The notes under the pieces were generated by a model that worked only from the letters and a program-made list of their open reading frames with translations, searched no databases and had not been told where the DNA came from. DNA of 64,000 nt, taken from NCBI GenBank assembly GCA_053919585.1, contig CM132795.1. One strand, written 5' to 3'. How positions within the stretch are numbered: the first letter of the stretch is position 1; each line of letters starts with the position of its first letter. Of the stretch, positions 54,001 through 64,000 are shown one piece after another. The translations under genes were made by a program, and so were the position numbers. Source of the stretch: Euprymna scolopes. Its lineage: Eukaryota.

Positions 54001-55337
54001 TTACACAAATCCCCTTCACCAAATCAGAACGCACAGCAAAGCCAATTCAACCTTCTCAGCCCCGATGGTTTTCTTGTCTCGGCCCAATGGTTTTCCTTTC
54101 CAAGAATGGTGTATCCAGAGCCCACTTCCACCAATTGATCCTCACCACTCAATCGTGTTTCAAACAATGCCGCAATTTTTATGCTGTACCTAGTGAGCTC
54201 TCTTGCAACAATAGCTGTCCTACGCTCAGGTCTATCACTATCCAGGACATCTAGCAAAGTTCTCACATTCCACATAGCAACAGTTAGGTTATTCCTCTCT
54301 TGATAAAATTTTGATTTTCCTTGTTTATTTTTCTTCAACTTTATCTTGTTTCTCCTGCAAATATAGAGCAGCCACCGACCACAGGAAGCCGACCAGCTAA
54401 TAAAAAGGTAGACAATTTATAGGTCACCTTTTCTAGACCCTTCCCAAATTTATGGGTGAGCAGTGTATCCCTAGAAAAAACTGCTCAGCCGCCAGATCAC
54501 CCCCAAAGTTGCTTCCATCCTGTAAGCGATTTAGTCGATGTTAGATAAATCACTGGCCGCCTATTTGCAGCAACGTACTTCCAGCCCGTTAGGCCCTGTC
54601 GGTTGAGCATTAGAATACGCCGACTGCCCCCCTGCAGAGGGTAGAAGTCCCCCAATGGGGGTCCTGGATATGACCTTAAACTATATCCAGTGGTGAGGCC
54701 CCACCTTGTGGGCTTTGGGGAGTGTGGAGCAACCCTTTAATTACCATTGTTCCCAGGTGTACTCTGACCCGGAGTGGTAGTACCTGTTAGGGTCCCAACT
54801 ATGGGTTAAATAGAATCTGACGTAAAAAAATATACTCCATTAAAAATCGTTCCTCTAAATAACTAGATTCGGCATTAAATAACCTGAAAAAGGTTGATAT
54901 GCCGTAAAACAATCAATCAACCAACCAACCAATCCAGCCCATTAAGCCTGTGCACGTCGTCACTCACCTATCGCCATAGGACTTTTTTTGTTTCTTCGAA
55001 AGATATCTGCACATAACGATCGCGACACAACCTGCTTGTACTACACATTGTATCCTCTCGCACCCTACCACTGGTTGCAGTGACAAACTGAAATAGTGAG
55101 ATGACTGAGCAGTGGCATAGTGTGAATATTTTCTCACGCGGTTTTAACCTCTCCAGCAGCTGGACATATATATATGTTTGCTTATGTGTATGTGTGTATA
55201 TCTCCCTAGTTCTCACAATATAGTAACCCTCCAGAACTTGAGATGGAGGCTAACAGGTACTATACCTTGTCCAAGGGTGACCTGAAACTATGCAAGGCAG
55301 AGGCGTTCATCTCCCTGGGGTAGTAGGTATACCCGCA
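51020..55337 (-). mobile_element. Near full-length decayed RTE (BovB-like) LINE including 5' UTR
   Basis: WNVRTL, LMGDLNARVG, CGTDH (APE); RAPGLDGIP, YRGINLL, VDLTKSFDTV, LLYADD, RWAGH...RLPK.LFYGE (RT); structured 5' UTR (ctgagcag...ctgctca; ctagaaaaggtgacct); starts beside (TA)n. Confidence 0.92.
54592..54932 (+). mobile_element. Longest SINE-like copy, nested in the RTE 5' UTR
   Basis: Imperfect TSD tccagcccRtta at 54580-54591 and 54933-54944; ~65-bp extra 5' head relative to the other copies; (CAAY)n tail. Confidence 0.9.
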
Positions 55338-55341
55338 TACA

Positions 55342-55389
<48 letters not shown>

Positions 55390-55393
<4 letters not shown>

Positions 55394-55922
55394 CATTCGT
55401 AATTTCACTTCATTTTTTTTTAATTTACTGTATTTTATTTTACCACTGTCTATTTTTAGACGCCATCTTTCAAGTTACTACGCTATGTTATCCCAATTCA
55501 ATTTTCTCTAATTTTTAAAAACTCCCTGCATAATCTCGCTTCATTTTATATTTTTATTTATTAAATCTATCAGTTATATTTGCGGACGCAATCTTTTAAA
55601 TCTCTATATTTTAGCCCAGTTAATTTTCTCATCTGAGTTTATCAATTTATTTTATTACATTATTTTTAGAAGAAATCATTCAAATCGCTACGCTAGTTTA
55701 CTCCAATTTATTTTCTCTAATCATAGAATATATGTATATAGGCATCTAATTTACAGAAAGAAAACATGCTGCCCCCCCATCATTATATATATCCCCAAAT
55801 CTTCCGACCCTCGTCAATGACTATCCCTCTTGAAAAAGTCCGCATAAATCGGGCGAAACGTTGAGCATTCAGGTCCTTCCAATCTATTTTTCATATCGGA
55901 TTTTATCCATCTTAAAAACGAT
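55390..55922 (+). repeat. Solo Penelope-type terminal repeat between (TA)n tracts
   Basis: Homologous to 47540-47800 (inverted); contains a hammerhead motif; flanked by (TA)n on both sides. Confidence 0.65.
55827..55865 (+). ncRNA. Type I hammerhead motif with 5-bp stem II and U3-A8 core
   Basis: CTC-TTGAAAA-a-GTCCG-cataaat-CGGGC-GAAA-cg-TT-GAG; palindromic minimal stem III (ACGU). Confidence 0.65.
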
Positions 55923-55950
55923 CATATATATATATATATAATATATATAT

Positions 55951-58578
55951 ATTGCGGAGTACAAAATTTTATTATGGCTATGTAAAGACTAAATTCAAAC
56001 TTGTTTAAAAACATTATTTTAGATTGTGAAATTAAAAAATAAAAATGAATGTGTCAGCTGACCGGTTTCGAAGCTCGCTCAACAGAGCTAAAATCGAGCT
56101 TAATTACGTTTTAAAAAGAAAAGGGGGGAACAATGAATCTGAGATGAAAAAGTAGGGGGGAATATATGTATAAAAAAAGGGGGATTAATTATTAAATAGA
56201 AACTAAGATTCTTTTTGTTTGCAAAGAGGTCTCAGTCTTGATATAGTTTCTAGAATTTTGAGATGGTAAAGAGTGCGACTTACTAAGGATGGAAAAAAAG
56301 TCAGCACAAAATTCAAAGCACAAATACGATTATTTATAAGGTGCTCTCATAGAGGAGCCATGGGTATTGTTCAAAACGTCCGAAGGTAGGTAGTTTCCAT
56401 TTCGAATTTTGGAGGGAACATGTTGTTTTACCCTATTATCTAATCTTTGAGACGTCCGCCCGACGTAGCGCACACCGCAGCTACATTTAAATAAATAACT
56501 AATAGAATGTTATGGTGGGGGGGGGAGAACGTCTTTACAAATTGAAGACAAAATGGGTTTACAAGAAAAAACACGAGTATTTGATGCAAAATAACATTGT
56601 TGTATGACAGAAGAAATTTGCTTGGCAAATCTTTCACTAACATCACCTAGCCAAGGTAGGCGTAGGTAGATAGGGCATTTGTCGACAGATGTCCGTTTAA
56701 TTTTATTGAAATTAGAAATTTTATTTTTAATTGTAGATTTCACGATTTGCAATGGAAAACCATTATTGCAAAGAGTCTTGGTAATAAATTTGACTTCATT
56801 TAATTTATCTGAACATATCATACAAGCTCTATGGATAAGGGTGTTAAGATGTTTTTGTTTGGTGGGGCAAAAAGAGTCCCAACGTGTGTAAAGACTAGTG
56901 AATGTAGGTTTACGGTAGATGGAAGTACATCTAGAAAAGGAAGGGAAGAATTACTTTCCTTTTCTATAGTAAATTTTAGAACTGGGTGAATATTATTAGG
57001 GGATGCAAAAAAGGTATCTGCTTCCGTTTCATTCTTGAACAGACAAAAAGTGTCAACATAATGAAAATAAATATCTGGTTTTTGAAAGCCAGATAAAAGA
57101 CTCTTTTCGTGGAAACCTACGAAAATATTTGCCAGAGCTGGTCTCGGGAGAACCCATCGAAACACCATTTATCCGCCTGTACATAATGTTATTAAAACTG
57201 AATTCGACCGATATGGTGGCGAATTCCATAAGTTCCACAAAAATATTCTCAGGAAAAAGGGGAGTTGGGAGTTGACTGCGATAAAGGGTATCGGCACATA
57301 TCAAGTCTCTTAGAGTGGAACGCAGGTAAATAGGCTTTCAATATCAAAAGAACACAAATTTGTCAGTCTGAGTATAATTCTGCATAAATTTAGCAAAAGA
57401 AAAAGAATCTTTAATGCAGAAAGAACTATACTCTTCCAAAACTGGTTCTAAAATATTAGTAAGCTATTTGGCTACTTTGTTGGGCGGAACCTATCATGGA
57501 TAATATCGGTCTTAAAGGTAACCAACTCTTATGGGTTTTAGGTAAACCATAGAGACGGGGACGTAATGAACCAGTCGGTCTGATTAAATCAGAAATGGAA
57601 GAATAAAGAGCTCCACTCTTCACCCATTTAACCAGACGTTTTTGGAATCAAGATTGAATAGATACAGTAGAGTCGTGTGTCTCTACCGGACCTAGCTGTT
57701 CAAATTTAGAGGTGTCATTGAGAATTGTCATCATTTTATTGATATAATCCTGGTGGTCAAGTATAACACCAGAGCCTTTGTCCGGTTTAGTGATAGTAAG
57801 AAATTTATTCTAGCGTAGTGTTTTGATAACATGGAAATGTTCATTACGCCATTTGGATTCACTAAACGAGACGTGTGTACCTGCATATGAATGAGAAATA
57901 TCATTAAATTTCGCCTTAAGGTCACTAACCTTACTGTCGGAAACAGGGGAAAGTGTTGCTAATTGAGCAAAAAAGACTTCGAATTCAGAATAAATCTCTT
58001 CACGTTTGGGGTTAGAAGGGGGAATGCAGAAGTCCAACCCATGTGAAAGTATATTCAATTCGGGTTGGGACAACTGCGGGGAAGAGATATTAAGGATATT
58101 TCTAGAAATATCCGGGCTAGTCGAGCAACCATATTTTTTTAATATTAAATGTTGCAATTTATTCTGAGGTTTTGACTTCAACCTGGAAAGGCTGCGTTCG
58201 TGTATTCTTGCAACATAACGAATAAATTGTATTTTATCAAACAAGGATAAACTGCCTACATAATTTCTCCATAATTCAGAGTACTTCTTTCTCAAGTACG
58301 CCAGATCGCAAGAAAGTTTAGACAAAAAATTGGAGATAAATGCATCTTCAATCTTTTGTCCAGGATGTAAATTAGCTCTTTATTTTAAAAAAAAAAAAGA
58401 GGGACAGACTTTATTGCTCTGGCACATATATAAAAAGGATTGGTTATTCTGCATAGTTCTTATTTTACTCCTATTTTCAACAATGAATTTAATCAAAACC
58501 GGTCAGCTGACACATTCATTTTTAATTTCACAATCTAAAATGTTTTCGAACAAGTTTAAATTTAGTCTTTACATGGCC

Positions 58579-58580
<2 letters not shown>
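55951..58580 (-). mobile_element. Penelope-like element 4, near full-length, with inverted partial terminal repeat
   Basis: N-terminal ORF 57810-58325 (LSHGLDFC), KPDKG, YGLPKTHK, GVSMGSP, YVD, LPFLDV, GIY-YIG remnant; 58493-58580 is an inverted copy of 55974-56070; (TA)n at both ends. Confidence 0.92.
56054..56101 (-). ncRNA. Minimal hammerhead motif (C3-G8 core, A6 mutated) in the PLE-4 terminal repeat
   Basis: Minus strand: aagctcg-att-TTAGCT-CTGtTGA-g-cgagctt-c-GAAA-ccgg-TC-AGCTGA. Palindromic stem III, GUC triplet, 7-nt loop II perfectly complementary to upstream aagctcg. Confidence 0.75.
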
Positions 58581-58618
<38 letters not shown>

Positions 58619-58662
58619 TGTGATGAAAGACCCTCATAACCTTTAAGCCTGCAAACTTTTTC

Positions 58663-58693
<31 letters not shown>

Positions 58694-59113
58694 GAAAAAA
58701 TAAATTCTAAAAACATGCGATATAAGTCTTATTTGTTCATTAAAAATTTATGGTTTTAACAATTTCTTTAAAAGCAAATTGTTCGTACTACTGTTCTACT
58801 TCTCAGTCCTTGCAGATACACACCTGGTGAATGTTACATCACTGAAAATAATGAATAATAGTCTGAATCTATGTAAGTTATCAATCCTCATCTTAAATTG
58901 TGAAAAAATCTCGGAAAAAGCACTTTTGTACAATATTTAATTTGATTTTGTATAGTTAAATTTTTACTATTGGCTAATTTTTGTAAAATTTTGTCACCTT
59001 CATAAGAAAATTGTATGAAATTGTAAATGTTATCCCCTTTGGGAAATTTTGTGGAAAATAAATTTTTTGCAAACAAGGCTTCTTAGTTTTCATTTCTGCA
59101 CCCCCTCCTCCTC

Positions 59114-59154
<41 letters not shown>

Positions 59155-59782
59155 TAACCTTGATAATAACATTGTAGAATATTTGAGCTTGAACCGGCCC
59201 AAATAAAACGATTATCAAATTTCATCGTTAATGATGCCACAAGCCTTTAGCACCTTTCAGTCAATAACTCTTTGAACTCTATATTCATACATTTTAATAT
59301 TTTTAACTGACTTGTACAGGAGTTTTTCTCGACCTGAAAGATTTTTCCAATTTCTAAAAGATGGTTCTAATAGTGCAAGGAGCCATCGAAATGGCCCCTT
59401 TTTGTGGTTGGAAAAACGATTACAAGGCCAGCTAAAAACCTGGTTTAGAATGGAGAAAAAGAATACTGACTGATCTTGGATTCTCCCTTTATGAGCTGGA
59501 ACAATAATTGGCTAATACTTGTGTCAAGTACTGCAGTGAACCGTCACATTTAGTCGGTATTCATTCAGAATGCAGTAAATTCTCTTAATGGAACTCTCCC
59601 ACAACTCCAGGCTTAATTCCAATACAAGTACGAGTGTTACATGAAAAGGCTGTCCCCTTATGTAAGACATACTAGATAAGTGAAAATGATATTAGGATGA
59701 GGTTAGAATCGAACCCTGTAGGCAAGTGTTAAATAGAAAATGGAATGTTAGAATAAACATTGGACTGAATTTCTATTAGAAA

Positions 59783-59826
59783 TAGTTAATTATTTTTAGT
59801 TAATTATTTTTAGTTAATTATTTTCA
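59783..59826. repeat. 14-bp tandem repeat, about three copies
   Basis: (tagttaattatttt)x3. Confidence 0.9.
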
Positions 59827-61268
59827 GAAAGAGTCGATTGTCTATTCTTCTAGAAATCTGGATATTAAATGTCAGTTAAAACCAATGCACAATGTGAGTT
59901 AAAATATATTTAAAACTACGTTAGAATAAGAATTGAGGATTCTTTGTTTGCCAAAAGTTTGTGGGACGGACACGTGTAGAAAATGTGATAGTCACGTAGG
60001 TAAACACAGTTCTGGCGTCATAAACAAAGATTTCTCAATATAGGAATCTGAGGGTTCGAAGTTAGAGTTGATGAAAATCAGATATTCAGATCACACGGTG
60101 ATAGTCAGTTGGAGAGGTGAGCCCTTTAGAAGCGAAGGGAGGAAAAATAAACCATGTAAATCAAAGTTTGAATTCCTGACATCACCGATCGGTTGATTGA
60201 AGAATAAAGAAACCATTTTGTCTCGTGTCGTCATTCTTCTTTACAACAGAAAAGGTAAAAGTTTTAATCTTGTAACGAACTTTGTAACTCTTTCCAAGTA
60301 TTATGTGCCCCCTCCCTCATAATAACGAATCGCCCCTCCTCTAATATGTGTTAGAACTGTTGCATCATAAATCTCAGTCCATATTAATATAAACTCCTGC
60401 CAATATGAGCCCCCTGCTACACAACGCGAGTTAGTCAGTTCAAAGTTTGAAGAAATGGTGACGCATGTACAATTTGTCAAGCATCTATACATTGATACAA
60501 TAGCGAGTGTTATTGTGTCACGCTTACTTCGAGGGGGGGGCTGTCGTTTATGACTTACCATTTCTTTTGATAATTTCACAAAATTTTTCCGAAGTTTCGG
60601 TTTTGATTAAAGCTGATGCACCCAAGTCTGATAGCTATATTTCTAGTTGTGAAATCAGAACTTTATAAGAATCGATAGAAAATAGACTAATATATACGAA
60701 ATCTGCATAAATTAAAATATATTTAAGCGTATTTTACGACCAAGCTACGCCAGGTGTCTCTACTAGCTTATATAAATACTTAAGTCGTTTTAATAAGAGC
60801 TACAATATAAGGCATCTCCATTTATGCTGAACATCCACAGAATTTCAACATCAATATGGTACAGATAGTTTGCTGTGGAATTTCCACCGGTCCTGTTAGT
60901 ACAATACTATTGTTTTAAGATTTAGTTTTATGATAAAGAATGTATTCATGTAAAGTTTCCAATTTCTAATATTTTACTAACGATTTTCAGTTTAGAATGA
61001 TTACATAAAAATGTCTTAGTTCCTGAATTCTGTTTGCATCATTCACACATTGAAGTCTTGGACACCCTTCTCTTTACTCTTTATGTGAACTGTACTTTTC
61101 AATTTCACTGAAAAATCCTTTCCTGTGTGCTCATTCATTCAACCTCTATGCCATAACCATAAGTGCTTTTGGAATGATGGCTTCCTGCATTTGCACTTTT
61201 CTATTTCTAGAACTTCAAAATGCATGAAATTGTCTCTCACCTTTTGGAACTTGGAGACTCATTTTTAA

Positions 61269-61351
61269 CTTTAATGAATGCAAATGATATAGAAATCCAT
61301 GTAAAGATTAAAAAAAAACATGGATTTCTATATCATTTGCATTCATTAAAG
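61269..61351. repeat. Perfect 34-bp inverted repeat with 15-nt spacer
   Basis: ctttaatgaatgcaaatgatatagaaatccatgt (61269-61302) and its exact reverse complement (61318-61351). Confidence 0.95.
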
Positions 61352-63550
61352 ATTAAAAAAAACGCTGAAACTTAGTTAATTTTAAGTTTTCGTGTGGAGA
61401 AAATGTAATACCCACGTGTAGAAGTCTTGCAATGTGTGCAAATTGTTCGTAGAGAGAAACTTTTTTTTTCTTTGAGCATATAAAGCTTTATTTCGGCTGA
61501 AACAAACTGACGAATCAAGATACTGACGTCACAATTCAACACTCGTATGTTTTGTATTTGTCCACTAATTCATAAAGGTGGGTTTGAGGGTTTTAAAATT
61601 TGTTTTTAGTGAACAGGGGTCCAATGGAACTAGTTCAGTTCCAATAAAATTGATAAAATCTGAACTGGAAATCCAGAAATTAGACACATACTTGAGATTT
61701 TCTGAAAAGAGGACATAATTCATAATTCCAGCCTAATGCTATTTACCTCTACAAAAGAGGTTATGTATTTGGCTGGATTTGTCGCAACTTGTGTACAGCT
61801 TAACATCCACATCGCTTGATCAAGTATAACTAGTGACAGACTAAAATCTTGTCATAAGTTTTGTTCGTTTCCTCCTATGTAATAAATTTACTTGTAACCA
61901 ATTAACCTGAGATATTTTTATCATGAATATTAAAGTTTCAGATTACGATTTACAAAACTTAGTTTTCCGTTTAAAAGCCCCAAATGTCAAACAATTCAAA
62001 TGCAAGCATGCTAGTTTTTAAAGAATTTAACCCCCCCCCGCCCCCAAAAAAAGCCTAAAAAACTATAGAAACTGTTTAATTGTTGAGTGAATTATTAAAC
62101 TTAGAACAGAGGGAGGAGTAATTGACTCTAACCTTAAATCTTCGTATTTAAATATTAGTACTAATTGGCAATTTAATGACTGCTCCGGTATTTCCGTTCA
62201 TTTCCATAAATAGCAATCAGAACCATTTGGATAGATATAGAGCCTTTCTTCTACAAGTCCCCTACTCAATTTGTTTAGTTTTCTTAGATGCCTTTGTTCA
62301 ATTCAGTTGGATATTTCATTTTCATTAATAACCGTGTATGTTGAACAGACGCATCTCAACCATTTTATTTGTTCTATCTTCTGTTAGGAATTACTTAGTC
62401 CAAGCATTCAACAGATAAATTTAAAGGACTGACAGAAAAGTTAAGCACTCAAGTCATCCATTTTTATTTAGTTTTAGAGAAAAAAAACTTACCAAATAAG
62501 AATGTCACAGAATAAATGATGGAAGAAAAGTGCTAAAAATATTTGAACCAATCTGGCAGAAAAGTGGATTTTTCTTCCTTTAAACATCTCCGGAGACTAA
62601 GTCCATTAGTTGAACCAGACAAACAAACACTCTGACACTAACCATAATCACATAATTGGCTTCAATAAAAATAAAATTTCTTAGAAATACTTAGAGACGT
62701 TGCTACCATTTATGCAAATACTTTTTTCCAGGCCTGTTTCTGTACACTTTTTTTCTGCCAAACTGGACTATATTTGTTACTAAAGTCAAAAATTCAACTG
62801 GAAGTTTCAATTTGTCAAACGCGTTTCTTCGCAGCAGAATTAATGGTTACTGAATGTTCCCAGGACATAAAGGAAACATGGTCATCAACATCACTCAAAT
62901 GCGAGTAAAATATGTATAATTATTAAAATATTAACGGATCATCATAATTTTGTACCTTAATCTGTATAATTTACTGTCAATAATACTTTGAAATAAGACC
63001 TGAAACAAATGTGCTTCATATATAATCACACATGTAATATCTGATTTTGGGGGTCTAAATGCCGGGTTCTATTAAGAAATGACTTTTTAAAAAAATATTC
63101 GTCGGCTAAATATTTAAATTCAACGAGTGTTATTTCACATTTCCATTGTTTTTAAAACTATACATAGCCTTGCTATAAGAATATTGACATTAAAAACGAA
63201 TGTCACCTGTTAAAATATTTCTTTTTAAAATGGTACTGTTTTAGTCAATTTAACTTTTGGAACAATTTCTTTCAAAATAGTCGAAATTTTATATATTAGA
63301 AATATCGGATTAACCACCAATAAGCATACTTGCTGATTAAAGGAACGCTTTAAATGTGGAAGCTGATAAAATACGTACTAGTATGAACTGACTTTGAAAC
63401 AAGCATGAGAAATTAAAAATTCCTTGAAATAAGTTACTAAACTAATTGATCGAATATCTATATTATATTGCCAAACTCGAGCAGAACTAAAACCTCGAGA
63501 TTCAATGACTTTAAAGCAAATTTAGTTCCTCTCAAGGCGGTTATTGCTCT

Positions 63551-63968
63551 TCACATAGAAGACGAGAGCTGTACCAAAGAATTTGAACTGTTTGAGTTTT
63601 TCAAAATGCTTTTCGGTTTAATGAGTTTGAATTCTGGAAAGAGCTTAGGACGATCGTGCCTCGGGATTGTCAGCATGAATCCATTTCGTTGATTGCATTT
63701 GTGAACCAGCAAGATTTCGGGTTGGTTACCTTGACACTGAAAATATCAAGGATCCAGTTGCATGTGAAATTCTAGAAAGTTTGCTTAGAACACAAAGTAA
63801 TGGACAGAAACATTATTATGGCTACATCTTTTTAGTTTTGATTAAAATGCTTGATTACCAAATGCAGAGACTCTTTTCATTAGAGCTCTGAGTGGGGTAA
63901 CTCTAACATTACCTTCTTTCCCTGTTGGGCCATTAATCCACTGACTGACCTAATGACTAGTTTCCATC
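63551..63968 (-). CDS. Two putative exons of an unidentified host gene or pseudogene (63968-63913 and 63736-63551)
   Basis: Both follow ttttcag acceptors, the first ends at a gtaatg donor, and splicing keeps one open frame: WKLVIRSVSGLMAQQGKK|CQGNQPEILL...KPKSILKNS...SSM*. No homology recognised. Confidence 0.35.
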
Positions 63969-64000
63969 CTGAAAATGAAGTTACTTGTTGATTCTCGGTG

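Noticed and set aside
54592-55337. HDV-like ribozyme at the SINE head or RTE 5' end
   Set aside because: Could not fit the P1-P2-P3-P1.1-P4 nested double pseudoknot by eye; only simple hairpins are evident.

Overview
AT-rich eukaryotic (invertebrate animal-like) DNA dominated by decayed transposable elements, with no intact multi-exon gene and no prokaryotic features. It holds a CR1/Jockey-group LINE, an R2-like RLE element outside rDNA, several RTE-clade LINEs, four Penelope-like elements (RT + C-terminal GIY-YIG) mostly next to (TA)n tracts, Tc1/mariner remnants, Helitron/HINE-type non-autonomous elements, a recurrent SINE-like family with clear target-site duplications and a 5S-rRNA-derived element. 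Three observations stand out. (1) The Penelope terminal repeats carry minimal hammerhead ribozyme motifs whose loop II covaries with a 5' flanking strand (a putative pseudoknot) across four divergent copies, three of them with a U3-A8 (UUGANAA) core. (2) A ~4.7-kb decayed A-rich coding tract (40.4-45.2 kb) has cysteine/tryptophan spacing like class III viral fusion glycoproteins, with a second unidentified decayed reading frame on the opposite strand. (3) Almost all retroelements lie on the minus strand, as in a unistrand piRNA cluster or a large intron. All calls come from reading the sequence by eye; boundaries are approximate unless a TSD or TIR is quoted.
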